Below are positions 1 through 12,015 of a stretch of 64,000 nucleotides of DNA, in pieces. Every line of letters starts with the position of its first letter. Position 1 is the first letter of the stretch. Source of the stretch: Felis catus (Eukaryota); the NCBI RefSeq assembly GCF_018350175.1, contig NC_058368.1:6696001-6760000 (forward strand), read 5' to 3'. The translations under genes and the position numbers were made by a program. The notes beneath the pieces were generated by a model, which worked only from the letters and a program-made list of their open reading frames with translations, searched no databases and was not told the origin of the DNA.

Positions 1-1022
1 TGTGGTTGAAATTGAGCTGCTATCAGCTTAAAACGGACTGTTCTACCTATAAGATGTTTTGGGTGAGGCTCGTGGTAACCACAAAGCAAACACCTATAGC
101 AACGTTTCAGAGGATAAAGAGAAATTACAGAGGATAAAGAAAATTACCAATTCCCAGAGGTGGGCAGCAAGGGGGGAAAAAGGAACAATGGAACTACAAA
201 GGAACCAGAAAGGCATTTAAAAAAATGACGTTAGTAAGTCCTTACTTATCAATAATTACTCTAAATGTAAATGGATTGAATTCTCTGATCAAAAGGCACA
301 GTGTCTGGATGGATTAAAAAAAAAAAAAAAAAGACCCACCCATTCGCTGCCTAGAAGACTCACTTCAGCTTTAGGGACGAACACACTCTCAACACGAAGG
401 GATAGAAAAAGATATTCTATGCAAGTAGAAACCACAAGAATGCAGGGATAGCCATAGTTATGTCGGACTAAATAGAGTGTAACCAAAATGGTAACTGAGG
501 GAAAACGCAGATCATCGCATAATGATAAAGGGGCCAACTCATCAAGAAGATGTAACAGTTGTAAATGTATGCAAGCCAAAGTCAGGGCGCCTAAATGTGT
601 TAAGCAAATGCTAACAGATCGGAAGGGAGGAACAGAAGCAACAAAGTGGCAGAGGACTGCAATACCCCACTTTCAGCAATGGATACATCATCCAGACAGA
701 AAATAAACAAGGAAACATTGGGCTGGAGCCGTACTTTAGACCAAAGGGACCAAACACACATGTATATAACATTTCATCCAACAGCGGGAGGATACACATT
801 CTTCTCAAGTACACACGGAACATCCTCCAGCCACAAAACAAGTCTTAGCAAATTGAAGAAAACCGAAATCATACAAATATCTTTCCTGAACGTAATAGAA
901 TGAAACCAGAAATCAACAGCGAGAGCAAAACCGGAAAATTTAGAAACTGGTAGAAACTAAACAACACAGTCCTGAACCATAAGTTGAAGAAATCAAAAGA
1001 GAAATTGAAAAATCACAAAACA

Positions 1023-1157
1023 GGGGCGCCTGGGTGGCTCGGTCAGTTAAGCATCCAACTTTGGTTCAGGTCATGACCTCGCGGTTTGTGAGTTCGAGCC
1101 CCACATCAGGCTCTGTGCTGGCAGGTCAGAGCCTGAAGCTTGGTTCAGATTCTGTGT

Positions 1158-1191
<34 letters not shown>

Positions 1192-1255
1192 CTGCCACTC
1201 CCTCACTCACGCTCTGTCTCTCCCTCAAGAATAAATAAACATTCAAAAAATTTTT
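1023..1255 (+). mobile_element. Can-SINE with internal (TG)n
   Basis: GGGGCGCCTGGGTGGCTC head, AATAAA tail, TSD AAATCACAAAACA at 1010-1022 and 1256-1268. Confidence 0.95.
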
Positions 1256-1342
1256 AAATCACAAAACAAATAAAAATAAAAACATAACACACCAAAATAT
1301 ATGGCTTCCTGCAAAAGCAGTTCTTAGAAGTTTATAGCAATT

Positions 1343-1547
1343 GGGGCTCCTGGGTGGCTCAGTCGGTTGAGCATCTGACTTCGGCTCAAGTCGTGATGTC
1401 ATGGTTCACGAGTTCAAGCCCTGTGTCAGGCTCTGTGCTGACAGCTCAGACCCTCGAGCCTGCTTCCTATTCTGCATCTCCCTCGCTAGCACTGTGTCTT
1501 TCTCTGTCTCTCAAAAGTTAAAAAAAAATTTTTTTAATTAAAAAAAA
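1343..1547 (+). mobile_element. Can-SINE
   Basis: tRNA-derived head, CT-rich segment, A-rich tail. Confidence 0.93.
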
Positions 1548-1554
1548 GAAGTTA

Positions 1555-1770
1555 GGGGCGCCTGGGTGGCTCAGTCTGTTAAGCAGTCAACTTCGGCTCA
1601 GGTCATGATCTCACGGTCCGTGAGTTCGAGCCCCACGTCGGGCTCTGGGCTGACGGCTCAGAGCCTGGAGCCTGCTTCAGATTCTGTGTCTCCCTCTCTC
1701 TGCCCCTCCCCCGTTCATGCTCTGTCTCTGTCTCAAAAATAAATAAACGTTAAAAAAATTTTTTAAAAAA
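1555..1770 (+). mobile_element. Can-SINE (SINEC_Fc-like, young)
   Basis: Near-consensus felid SINE; flanks AAAAAAGAAGTTA / AAAAAGGAAGTTA. Confidence 0.95.
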
Positions 1771-2924
1771 GGAAGTTACAGTAATGAGTGCATAAATTAA
1801 GAACAAAGTAAGGACTCAAATGAAGAACCTAACTTTATACCTCAAAGAACTAGAAAAAGAACAAGCGAAGCCCAAAGTTATCAAAAGGAAAGAAATAACA
1901 AAATTCAAAGGAGAAATACGAGAAATAGAGAACGGAAAAAACAATAGACCGTCAAGGAAACTGATAGCTTGTTTTTTGAAAGGATACACAAAATTGGCAC
2001 ACTTTCGGTTAGACCGACAGGGCAAAAAAGGAAGACTCAAGTCAATGGATCAGAAATTTAAAAAGGAGAAACATTACAACTGATAGCACAGAAATACATA
2101 GGATCATAAGAGACTGCTGTGAGCAATTACATGCCAATAAATTGAATAGCCTAGAAGAAATGGAGAAATTCCCGGAAACATACAACCTACGAAGCCTGAA
2201 TCATGAAGAAATGGAAAATCCGAAGACACTAAGAACAAGTAAGCAGGTTGAATGAGGGATCAAAATCTCCCGGCCTAGAAAAGTTCGGGACCAGAAGGTT
2301 TCACTGGTGAATTCTACCAAATATTTAAGGAAGAATTAACATCAATCCTTCCCACGTTCCTCGGCAACATTGAAGAAGAGGGAGTACTCCCAAACTCATT
2401 TTCTAAGGCCAGCGTTACTCTGATATCAGAGCCACATAAGAACACTACAAGAAAAGAAACATACAGACCAACATCCCTGACGAATGAAAATGCAAACACT
2501 CCCGCCAATACATTCGCACGCCAAATTCAACAACACGTTAAAAGAATCACTCATCGTGATCAGGTGGGATTTATCCCTGAGATGGAAAGAAATAAACATG
2601 ATAGACCACGTCATAGAATGAAGTTGAAAATCACGTGATCGTCTCCATAGGTGCAGAAAAAACATTTGACAAAATACAACATCCTTTCATAATAAAGGCC
2701 TCAGCAAACACCATGAAGCCCATATACAACAAGCCCACAGTTCACACCACCCTCAGCAGCGAAAGGTTGAAAGCTTTTCCTGTAAGATCGGGAAAAAAGC
2801 AAGGGTCTCCACACCCGTCACTTACAACTAAGGAAATGTTGTACGTCCATTGAGATCTCATTTAAAAAAAAAAGATAAATGTAATTTGTAGGCAACCGTG
2901 GTTTTTTAGTACAAAAAAGAAAAA

Positions 2925-3146
2925 GAAAGCCGGTTAGTGGTTGGCAGGGCCTCAGAGAGACGGATGGGGGTTGGGGGGGTGGGGGGGGAGTAATGGCTAA
3001 AGGGTACATATGGTGTTTCTGTTTGGGGTGATGAAACCATGGCGGTGGGCTGCCCAGCTCTGCGAATATGCGAGAAGCCACTGGTTTGTACGCTTGAAGT
3101 ATGTGGATTGTGCGGTATATGAATTGTATGCCAATAAAGTAGTTAC
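2925..3146 (+). mobile_element. L1MB-like 3' end
   Basis: GGGTACA..GTTTCTGTTTGGGGTGATGAAA ... GAATTGTATGCCAATAAAG resembles an L1MB 3' UTR terminus. Confidence 0.75.
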
Positions 3147-3725
3147 GAAGACAAGGGGGAGGGGAGGGAGGGGGGCGGGGTAGTTCTTGCCCATTCTAGA
3201 CCTTCTCAAACTAGAGACAATTGGGGTGGGCATTCCACCCGCAGATTTGTCCTCCTCGTCTGCGTGGTGGGGTGGAAGCCTGGTTCCGGGGGAGTTAGCC
3301 TTCCTCCCTCCTGGGCAGTAGAGTCTGCGAGTGGCAAAGGGAACAAGGACTGGAATCTGCCATTGTGCCATTGCCCCTGTCACTGGAGGGTATGATTCTG
3401 ACTTCGGTCCTCAACAGCATGAATTACTTTTGACAGAGCATGACTTTTTCCACACCCCACCGCCACCCCCTTGACTAGAAATGGATCTAGACAATCCTGG
3501 GCACAGAAATTCTTTACTCTCACTCACTTGAGGGTGAAGTTGCTGTAGGTGTGAACAGCCACATTGTGATTGCCCACAAGACGGCAGCATTGTTATACTC
3601 TGATTCTAACGCACGGCCCTGCTCTAGGCTCTTCCCCAAGTACGGGAGATACACGCGGAATGGAGTCTAGTTTTTGGCCCCTCTGAAAACACATAAGCCT
3701 GAGTATTATTAGAATAAAGGAGGGT

Positions 3726-3927
3726 CTTTTTTAATGTCTATTTACTTTTGAGAGAGAGGCAGAGCGGGAACAGGACAGGGACAGAGAGGGACACACAGAA
3801 TCTGAAGCAGGCTCCAGGCTCTGAGCTGTCAGCACGGAGCCCGACGCGGGGCTCGAACCCAAGAACCTCGAGAACACAACCTGAGCTGAAGTCGGCCGCT
3901 TAACTGACTGGGTCACCCAACCACCCC
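3726..3927 (-). mobile_element. Can-SINE
   Basis: Reverse-complement SINE body and tail. Confidence 0.93.
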
Positions 3928-4197
3928 TTGAAACTAAATGAGTTTATTAAACTATCAGTTAGGAGAGAAAGAACTATGATTACTTAAAATTAAATGCTTT
4001 TCTTTATTAAACCACCTTATTTAAAAAGAAAGGGGGGGGGGAGTGACTTGTGAAATCAAGTTCCCCGCAAGAATAAAACCCAGATTTCATTCTGATAGTT
4101 GTTTTTAGATGGTATTGACCCGCCTGTCCCTTGGCACTTTGTCTTCCTGAAGAAGAAGGACCCCAAAATGAACTCATTTAGCCAAGAGCTAAACAGC

Positions 4198-4410
4198 AAC
4201 GTGGTGAAAGGCAGGAGCTCTGGGGACCAGAAGATCGGGACTTGAATTGCAGCCCCACCACCTCCTACCTGAGTGGTCTTCGCCTCCAGGTGCTTAATTT
4301 TCTCGTCTGTAGGAAAGAGAGAGTCTCCCGCCTCACTGAGTTGTCGTGGGGGATAAGTGGGGACTCGGAACAGTGGTGTCTAGCAGATAACATGTGGTCA
4401 ACAAATAACG
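4198..4410 (+). mobile_element. MIR relic
   Basis: Degenerate MIR core (TTTTCTCGTCTGTA..CCTCACTGAGTTGTCGTGGGGATAAGTG). Confidence 0.6.
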
Positions 4411-4459
4411 GACATTTACTCAGTAGATCTCCACTCTGGATGCTCACTAAACCTCCTGG

Positions 4460-5180
4460 GAAATGTTTACGAGTATGCATCGTTGCAACCTTATCCATAG
4501 CAGCCAAAAGATGGAAACACCCAAATGTCTATCAACAGATAAACGGATCAACAAACGGGATATAAGCATACGGCAGTATGATTCAGCCTTAAAATGGAAG
4601 GATATTTTGACACGTGCTACGGAGATGAACCTTGAAGACGTGACGCTAAGTGAAATAAGCCAGGCAGAAAAGCACAAATACTGTGTGATTCCACTCTTTT
4701 TTTTTATTATTTTTTTTCATGTTTATTTACTTCTGAGAGACAGAGACAGAGCACGAGCAGGGAGGGTCAGAGAGAGAGGGAGACACAGCATCCAAAGCAG
4801 GTTCCAGGCTCCGAGCTGTCGGCACAGACCCCGGCACGGGGCTCGAACTCGTGAACCGTGAGATCATGCCCTGAGCCAAAGTCGGACGCTTAACCCACGG
4901 AGCCACCCAGGCGCCCCTGTGTGATTCCACTCTTACAAGGTACCTGGAGTGGTCGAGTTCACAGAGACAGAAGGTAGAAAGGAAACAGGAGAACGAGGAA
5001 TTGGAACTTAATGGAGACGGAGATCCAGCTTTGCAAGGTCAGAAGAATTCAGGAGATGGATGGACGGTGGGGATGATCCCCAACCGTGTGAATGTACGTA
5101 ATGCCATAGAAGTGTACGTGTAAAAACGGTTAAAATGTAAATTTTACGTTGTCTGTGTTTCACCACAAGGTTTTAAAAGC
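4460..5180 (+). mobile_element. L1MB-like 3' fragment, split by a SINE
   Basis: AGCCAAAAGATGGAAACACCCAAATGTC, CTAAGTGAAATAAGCCAG and GGTTAAAATGTAAATTTTA are typical of L1MB 3' ends. Confidence 0.85.
4699..4917 (-). mobile_element. Can-SINE
   Basis: 17-bp TSD TGTGTGATTCCACTCTT at 4682-4698 and 4918-4934. Confidence 0.95.
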
Positions 5181-5413
5181 TAACGCTTACACATTTTCAA
5201 GAAACATGTTTAAAAAAAAAAAAGAAATTACCAAAAACAAGAGAAATCCACACTTCTGGGGTGGAACTCAGGCATCAGGGTAAAAGCTCCCCTAGGAATT
5301 CTGATGCTTTGGAAAGTCCTCAGATCGGATGGTCCTTGCCAGAGTGAAGCAGAGAAGGGACAGCCAGGGACAGCCTCTGGGAGTGGCTAGACTCTTCTCC
5401 AAACGACTCCTCT

Positions 5414-5430
5414 CCGCCCTCTGCTGGCGA
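5414..5430 (-). promoter_or_regulatory. Candidate CTCF site (reverse)
   Basis: Minus strand reads TCGCCAGCAGAGGGCGG, a full match to core CCASYAGRKGGCRS. Binding is not shown. Confidence 0.55.
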
Positions 5431-6474
5431 CTCGGGTTCTGACTCCCCTGGCCTCCCCGTTGCTAGGCAGCTAGGAGTCTGAGGCTGACAGGCGCTCAGG
5501 GCAAACACAAGGAGTCACCAAAATTTGGATAGTGGCCTTGAGGCCACAGGTGGTGAAAGCTTCCCTTAGGACTGAAATCTGGAAATGAGCCCGTTCGCCA
5601 GGCCTCGTCTTCCCCTCTGCAAGGCCTACTGTGGATGAAAACCAGTAGGTGCCGTCTAAAGGGTGGCTCGGCAGCCTGGACCTGGGAGTTTCCATGTCCC
5701 TGCGGGATGGTGCGAGCCGTCCTCTGCCCCAGGGGGACACAGGCCTCCCACGGAGCTCACCCTCTTGGTCTCTAGGTCCCGGAGCCATAAACTGACGCCT
5801 CCAAGCCTAGTGGCCTCCTGGGGCCCTGAAGAAGAGAGGTTAGCCCTGGGGTCAGGGTGACGTTTCTCGCCTGGGATTGCAATTACCCCAGAGTAGAGCG
5901 AGGCCCCAAGGAATGCAGGGCTGTGCGAGGAATCCTTCCGCAGGAGGTGAGCTTCGCCGCAGAGCAGCCGATGGGGCGTGCAGAACGGTGGGAGGAGGGG
6001 ACAGACCAGAAAGAAGTGCCTAATAATTCAAGAGTGACAGGGGCTACCCCCGGAGCCTCCCAGGGGTCTCTGCTGGGACTCTCACCTCCTGGCAAGTCTC
6101 CCTGCCACGTGAACCAGGTCGGAGTTGAGGCTGATGGGCAGAGTTCAAAGTTCCCTCCCAGATCCACCGGCATGCCCACACGCGCATAAACGCACACCCA
6201 TATCCACTCGCACCCGCGCAGGCGTGTATCCACACAGACACGCTCCACGAGCGGGAATCTATAGTCTTAACATATGCATTTGTATTATGCATGAATATGC
6301 ACCTTGGAGCAACTATGAAGCTATTCAAAACTAGCTCTGATTAGCTTGCGTTTTTATCCGGGAGCAGCAACGGTGTCACGGCTGCACAGAAACACCGCGA
6401 ACGGAAGCCGTCGGGGCTGGGTGGGGGGCGGGCCGGGGACGTCTGTACAAGATGCTCCGGGTACGTCTGGGCCC

Positions 6475-6845
6475 AGGCTATTGCTAATATGTAAACACCC
6501 AGCGCTGGAATTACCAGGAGGCAAAGGAGAAGGGAGCTCGTTAGATAAACCCTCTTGCTTACAGCCCCATTAGTTAATTAAATTATCACTTTACTGTGCC
6601 CAAAGCGAGCTGTAAGATTAATCCAAGTGTCACCAGCTTTATGGGGTCTGCGGGATCTTTACAAGCTTCCCCGGCTCCCAAGTGTCAAATTGGGGCTGTA
6701 TCGATAGATAAAGGGAAAATCAGCCTTGCAATTGCAGCCTTTCCCTCCGATATCTTTATACTGTGCTATAAAAGCCTATTATGCTTCATTTAAAGAGTGA
6801 AAATTGTTGACATCCCTTTTAGTTGCTAATCTTTAGGAAACACTG
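6475..6845. repeat. Ancient conserved-element copy A (MER121-like), putative enhancer
   Basis: Colinear similarity to 9884-10250; AT-rich and motif-dense. Family name is from recall only. Confidence 0.7.
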
Positions 6846-7295
6846 AGTGGCGTATTATTTGAAATGAATAACGCGCTCACTTTATTGGTGAGTGGTAAAA
6901 ATCTAATAGTTGGCAAAACAGCATGGTGTTTACTCTTCAAGATAGTTTATTAGCTTAAGCGTGGAGCGCATTCTCCCAGTCAACTCCAGCCCCCACCTGG
7001 GAGAGCTTGGCTTGGGTCACAGCACCCGAGGGGCCGTCTGGTCTGTTCCTGGCCTTCATTGTTCTCCTTTTTTGTTGTTGTTCTCTCGGTTCTTTCTTTC
7101 TCCCCTCCCTCCAGCCCCTCCCCAAAGGGCGCACATATTCATTTAACTGGAAAATATCCTGCGAGAGGCAAAAAAAAAAAAAAAAAAAAAAATGTTTGTC
7201 AAACGCTCAATTCTTAAAAGTCATAATTTGTCAAGGGCCACAGGCAGGGAGTTCAGGTTTGGGAGCAAGTCTGATGGGTCCGTGTGTCCATGCCG

Positions 7296-7297
<2 letters not shown>

Positions 7298-7335
<38 letters not shown>
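7298..7335. repeat. (CA)n microsatellite
   Basis: Direct dinucleotide run. Confidence 0.95.
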
Positions 7336-7336
<1 letters not shown>

Positions 7337-7899
7337 CAGGACTGGAGAGTAGAGGCTGGCCTACTGTGTGTCCCTCTACTCAGCTGTCTCCTGGCTGTCT
7401 CCTCACTCTCCTGGGAGCGCTAGAAAGGCCAAGGGCGGGGTCTTGCTCAGTTATATCCTTGGCGCAGAAGCACTGAATAAGCACCTACAGAATGCGGTGG
7501 TAAATGACTAGACTCTGAACCAGAGAAATAATTTTTGTTAGAACCTTTCGAGAACAGCCTTTTTTGTACTCATGGCACCAGAGCCTTTTTTCTCCAGGCC
7601 TCACCTGGGTTCCCAGACTGGTGATCTCCGTGCTTCCTCCTGGCCCAGGACCTCTGTGCTTCGATCGGTACGTACTTCACGCTGTGTGTCTATTTCTACA
7701 CACTCATAGCACACACATATGACACAGCTTGTCAGAGCAAAACACTCGACTATCCAAAGCAGGGGAGCACAGCTCTGGGTTCATTCATTAGCCCCTGACC
7801 CACCCTTCCTTTGTCAAGTACAACCACCTGTTTGTTGACAGACATAAAGCTATCTTGCCCACATCAGCCTTCACCTCTGCGGATATGGTTCCTGCTGTT

Positions 7900-8045
7900 C
7901 ACACTCCAGGGTCAGGTTCCCCAAGCTGAGTGGACACAGGTCTCTGCAAGGCGGCCCCTGGGGAGGGGCCCCAGGAAACAGCATTTTAACAAGCACACCA
8001 AGGAATTCCAAGTGTTCAAAATGACTTCGTCCAAACTGAGACCAC
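7900..8045. mobile_element. MER5-like hAT relic
   Basis: GGGGCCCCAGGAAACAGCATTTTAACAAGCAC resembles the MER5 core. Confidence 0.5.
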
Positions 8046-9883
8046 TTTTCTCCGGAAGCCCCATAAACACAGGCAGGATTTACGAGCTTGCTGTCAAGTT
8101 CCGCTTCGGGCTCAGAGCTCCCGGCAGGAAGGCCTTGGGCCCGAGGAAGCCTCTAGAGCCTTGGGGCCCGGCACACAACAGGACCCTCAATACTCAGTGC
8201 CACCCCCTGGAGTGGCCCGGCCTGCCCTTGAACTCGGGGACAAAATCACGCCAGTGTTGTGACACGCTGACGGGGTCTGGCCTGTCTCGCAGCCACTGGA
8301 GATTATGAAACAGCAAAGGGGAGTCAGGCCCCGAGTTCAAAAGGTGAGGCCTCCCAAAACAAGACCCCGCTGCTGGGCCTGCTGAACACTCAGGCCAAGA
8401 GAAGCTGCTTATCTCTTGAACTTTCAGCCTGCTAATTCCAACCAAGGTACATATCGCTTAGCTTTAGGCCATAAAAAGGAAAAAAAAAATCGTGTTTATC
8501 TGCTGCGGGCAAATCCAGTCTCTCCCAGATGACTCTTCTGTGGGACTATTTCCTTGTTCGTGTTCCCGTTTCTGCAGTCAAGGCCAGCCAAAGATCGAGG
8601 CTCGCCCAGGGGCCCGAGAACTTGGCCTTGTCAGGCAAGGCGGTCAGAGGGCCCTGGGCCCAGTTACCCGCAGCCTCGATTCAGGGTCACTGCCAAGGTC
8701 AGGGGCGGGTACGCAGAGGAGTATTGGCCCCCAGGGTCTCTGTTCCCTACATAATGGGGTGCTGGCTCGAAAGGCATTGGAAACATCTGAGTAAGTCCCT
8801 TGTTTAGGCACCTTGGGCCTCCGGGAGGTCCAGAAGGACTAATGCCTAAAGGGACCACCACCTGACTCTGGGTGGCACCCGGACCCCTGAGGGTAGCAGC
8901 CAGAGCCGAGACAGGCCAGGGCAAGGCCAGAGTCACAGAGCCCACCCCTGCCGCTAGCTGTTCCTCTTGGCCATGGTCACACATCCGGGTGCCAGCACTG
9001 CCTTGGAAGGGAGATGGGCTGGTGGCAAGAAGCAGATGTCACTTCATCCCAGTGGCCCCAGAGGGAAGGGACCCGATGGAGGCCGAGCCGGCTTCTGGCA
9101 GACTCACGGACTCTACGTTCGGGAGCTCCGCCCCGGCCCAGAGTGGATCCCAGGCCCGCAGGCCCGGCCCAGGCCTTGGCTCTCATACGATTTGTCTTTG
9201 ACTGAGACTCATTAGCCGGCGGACGTGTGGGAAGGGTCCTGTTCCTCTACTTATTCCTCAGCCCGACAGCCCCAGGGGCGCATCCTCAGAGAGGGTGGGC
9301 CCCGTGGCTGTGCTGCCCCAACACCAACCCGCTGAGCTCAGCCCTCGTGCCGCCCCCACCCTTGTCAAAGGCAGAAAAGACTTCTCCTGCCTCGTTCTGT
9401 GAAGGGAAACTCTTTGCTGGGACTGAGCCTCTCACATTCAGGCTACGTCCAGGGACCCTCCCTTTCAGCGAGGCACCTATGAGGAGTGTATGCGTCTTTC
9501 AGCTGCCTCCACCGATTCACAGTTTGGTAGTTTTATCGTCCTTAGGAGCAGCAATCTTTGGTCCCGTAAGACAGTCTCGTCAGAAAGCAGAGGCCCCGTA
9601 GGAGCTTCTTGGACAGCGTGGCATTCAAGGGCACCAGAAACGGTTTCAAAACACCCAGGGCTCCCCACTAAAGAGCTGGCGGGCCAGATCGGGCAATGGG
9701 CTGGAGGGAAGGCCCTGTTCCCTCGCACCTGCTCCTGGGTGGGGGACTTGCGTCACAGCCGCGCACTGGCAGTCGAGAAGGGAAGGGAGGGGACGGCCCG
9801 CAGAGATTCAGGGGGTACATTTGAGATGTCGTACCGTCTCCTCACTCAGCAGATAGCAGCATCCACTTGGGGCACTGATTCTG

Positions 9884-10250
9884 CCAGGGCATTAATGATG
9901 CTGTAAAATAATAAGGCTTGAGACCGCCCGCACGAGAGCGAGCACTTGATAAAAGGGAGATTTACAGCCACATCCATCAATTTAATTATCTTTTACTGGG
10001 GTTTAAACTTAGTGGTAATACTAATCTCTCTTCAGTGCGGTTTACGGGATCCATGGACACTTTACAATTGTCCTCTATCCAGAAGTGTCAAGTTATGGCC
10101 ATATTGATAAAACACTAGCATAAATGGGAGGTGAGACACCCCAGAACTACTTAATACGCTTTTTACTGCACCGTAAAAGCCTATTACTCTCTGATTTCAG
10201 GTGAAAATTTGTGGCCAATAATCTGAGTTGATAGTGTTTCGGAAACAATT
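9884..10250. repeat. Ancient conserved-element copy B (MER121-like), putative enhancer
   Basis: Colinear similarity to 6475-6845 at offset 3403-3405. Confidence 0.7.
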
Positions 10251-11834
10251 CCCCAGATAATAAAAGTTGCCTCCTTTGCCTTGTTCGACACCCCCACCCC
10301 AGCCCCAAGCCCGGGCCCAGCCTCCTCCACGGACTTGACCATAAAAAGCAGGGGCCACGGGGCCGAGGTGGGGCACGCGCAGCCCATCCACAGACTCTGC
10401 TCGCTCCTGGGGCCTGGGGCCAAGCGAGGCAGGTCTGGGGGGGCCTCTGGCGGCCACACGACAAAAGGAAACCACACTGCCCACGTCCTGTGCTGCTCAG
10501 CTCACCGGTTTCCTGCAGAGGAATAATTCCTGCCTTTGCAGGATGTGCTGCTCTACACTTTTCAGACAAGAAGAGGACAGTGTAGCCCAGGCCATTGGCC
10601 CCTAGAAACTGCCTCCTGGAACGTCCCTGGCCAACCGTGTGGCCACCGTGAAGGGATCTACCGCCAATATTGTGCTTCTGAGCCCAGTACCCCGCCCCCC
10701 CCCCCAAGGAACCACCTCGCTCACAGAAGTACCTCCGTTTCTTTCTAATCCGCTCCCTTGTGCTCTGAGGCCCATCAGGCTTCCCTAATGCCCTTGGAGT
10801 GGTGGTCAACTTGGGTTCTCCCTACGGAGAGCACAGCGTCAAAACCTTTGGTACTTTCTCACCCAACTTGCTTGGAACTAAGACCGTCGGGCATTCCAAG
10901 GCAGCCTGGGGCTCATTTCAAACAGGATCCCTGTGGGACAGGGGGACCGCATCAGAGAACCTTGCTGGTTCTGGATAGAAAGGGGAGGTGGCCTGTGTCC
11001 ACCTCTCAGCCCCTAGAACCCCCCCTCCCCTCCTCAGGGCCCTGCGTCACTCAGAGGCTCCCAGGGGCTGATTCAACCTGCACTGCCTCAAGCTCCAGGC
11101 AGGCGGCCTTGAGCCCACATGATGCTTTTGTCTCCTTAGAAGAAGCACCCCTTTTCTCAAAGATTTCAGCCCTGTGCCCCATGTGCAACTCTGATTGCCA
11201 GGACCCAGGCCGGAACTCAGCCCCAGTGGAACTGCTGACTCTAGACCATAGACACTGAGTTTCCCAGTGTAGAAAGTCCGGCTTGAAGTCCTTCCTCCAG
11301 ATCTGCCTTTCCCTCCCCACCCCCACCCAAGGTCACCTGCTTCCTGGTTCTACTTCTCTGCCTCCCTCCTGATCTGAATAGGGAATTGTGGCCCCAGGGA
11401 GGCAGGGACAGAGGGATAGGGGAGGCAGGGACAGAGCACACTGCAATCCCGCCAGCCAGCTCACGGAGGACACCCCCTCCCCCCGTGTCCTGGCTCCTAA
11501 GACAACAGCACCCACTGTCACCACGGCTCCTACAAACGCTCAGTCCTGTTGTGGGCACAAAACACTTTGGTAACCATGAACCCTAATACTTTCAAAACAG
11601 GGGGACTCGATCAACACAAATGAGATACTATCCTTGTGAATCAGAGATAGCCCGGGCTTGGAGGCCGAAGAAATCAGCACTGTGACCGTCGGAGTCACCG
11701 TTGTTTGATCTGCGCAGTGGAGCTGACCCCCTCCAAGAGACCTTACGAAGACCGCATGAGCGTGTAGTACCCATGGAAGCTCTTTGTAAACTGTACAGCG
11801 CTGTAACTATGACATCAGCAACAACTGTACCTAA

Positions 11835-12015
11835 CAGTTACTCACCACGCTAAGCATTTCGTATATATTAACTAACTCCTTTAAATAATCCCCCGAGCCC
11901 CACGAGGGAGGCCTTATTCTTGTCCCCGTCGTACTGATGCAGAAACGGAGGCTGGGAGAGGCTGATGGAAAAGGCAGAGGCGGCCAGCTCTAGTGTCCAG
12001 GCCCTTAACCGCGCA
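11835..12015 (-). mobile_element. MIR relic
   Basis: GTCCCCGTCGTACTGATGCAGAAACGGAGGCTGGGAGAGG is a reverse MIR core. Confidence 0.6.

Larger units (their letters stand above)
1..2815 (+). mobile_element. Decayed LINE-1 (L1M-type): inter-ORF region and ORF2 (endonuclease to start of RT), interrupted by 3 SINEs
   Basis: ORF2-like start at 225 (MTLVSPYLSIITLNVNGLNS). Remnants NLTLYLKELEKEQ (1820..) and MIVSIGAEKTFDKIQHPF...KAFPVRSG (2635..) match L1 ORF2. Many stops and frameshifts. Confidence 0.93.

Noticed and set aside
1023..1110. tRNA-like A/B boxes in SINE heads
   Set aside because: Part of tRNA-derived SINEs, not tRNA genes.
1820..2853. ORFs with endonuclease/reverse-transcriptase similarity
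   Set aside because: Fragments of a dead L1 with stops, frameshifts and SINE insertions.
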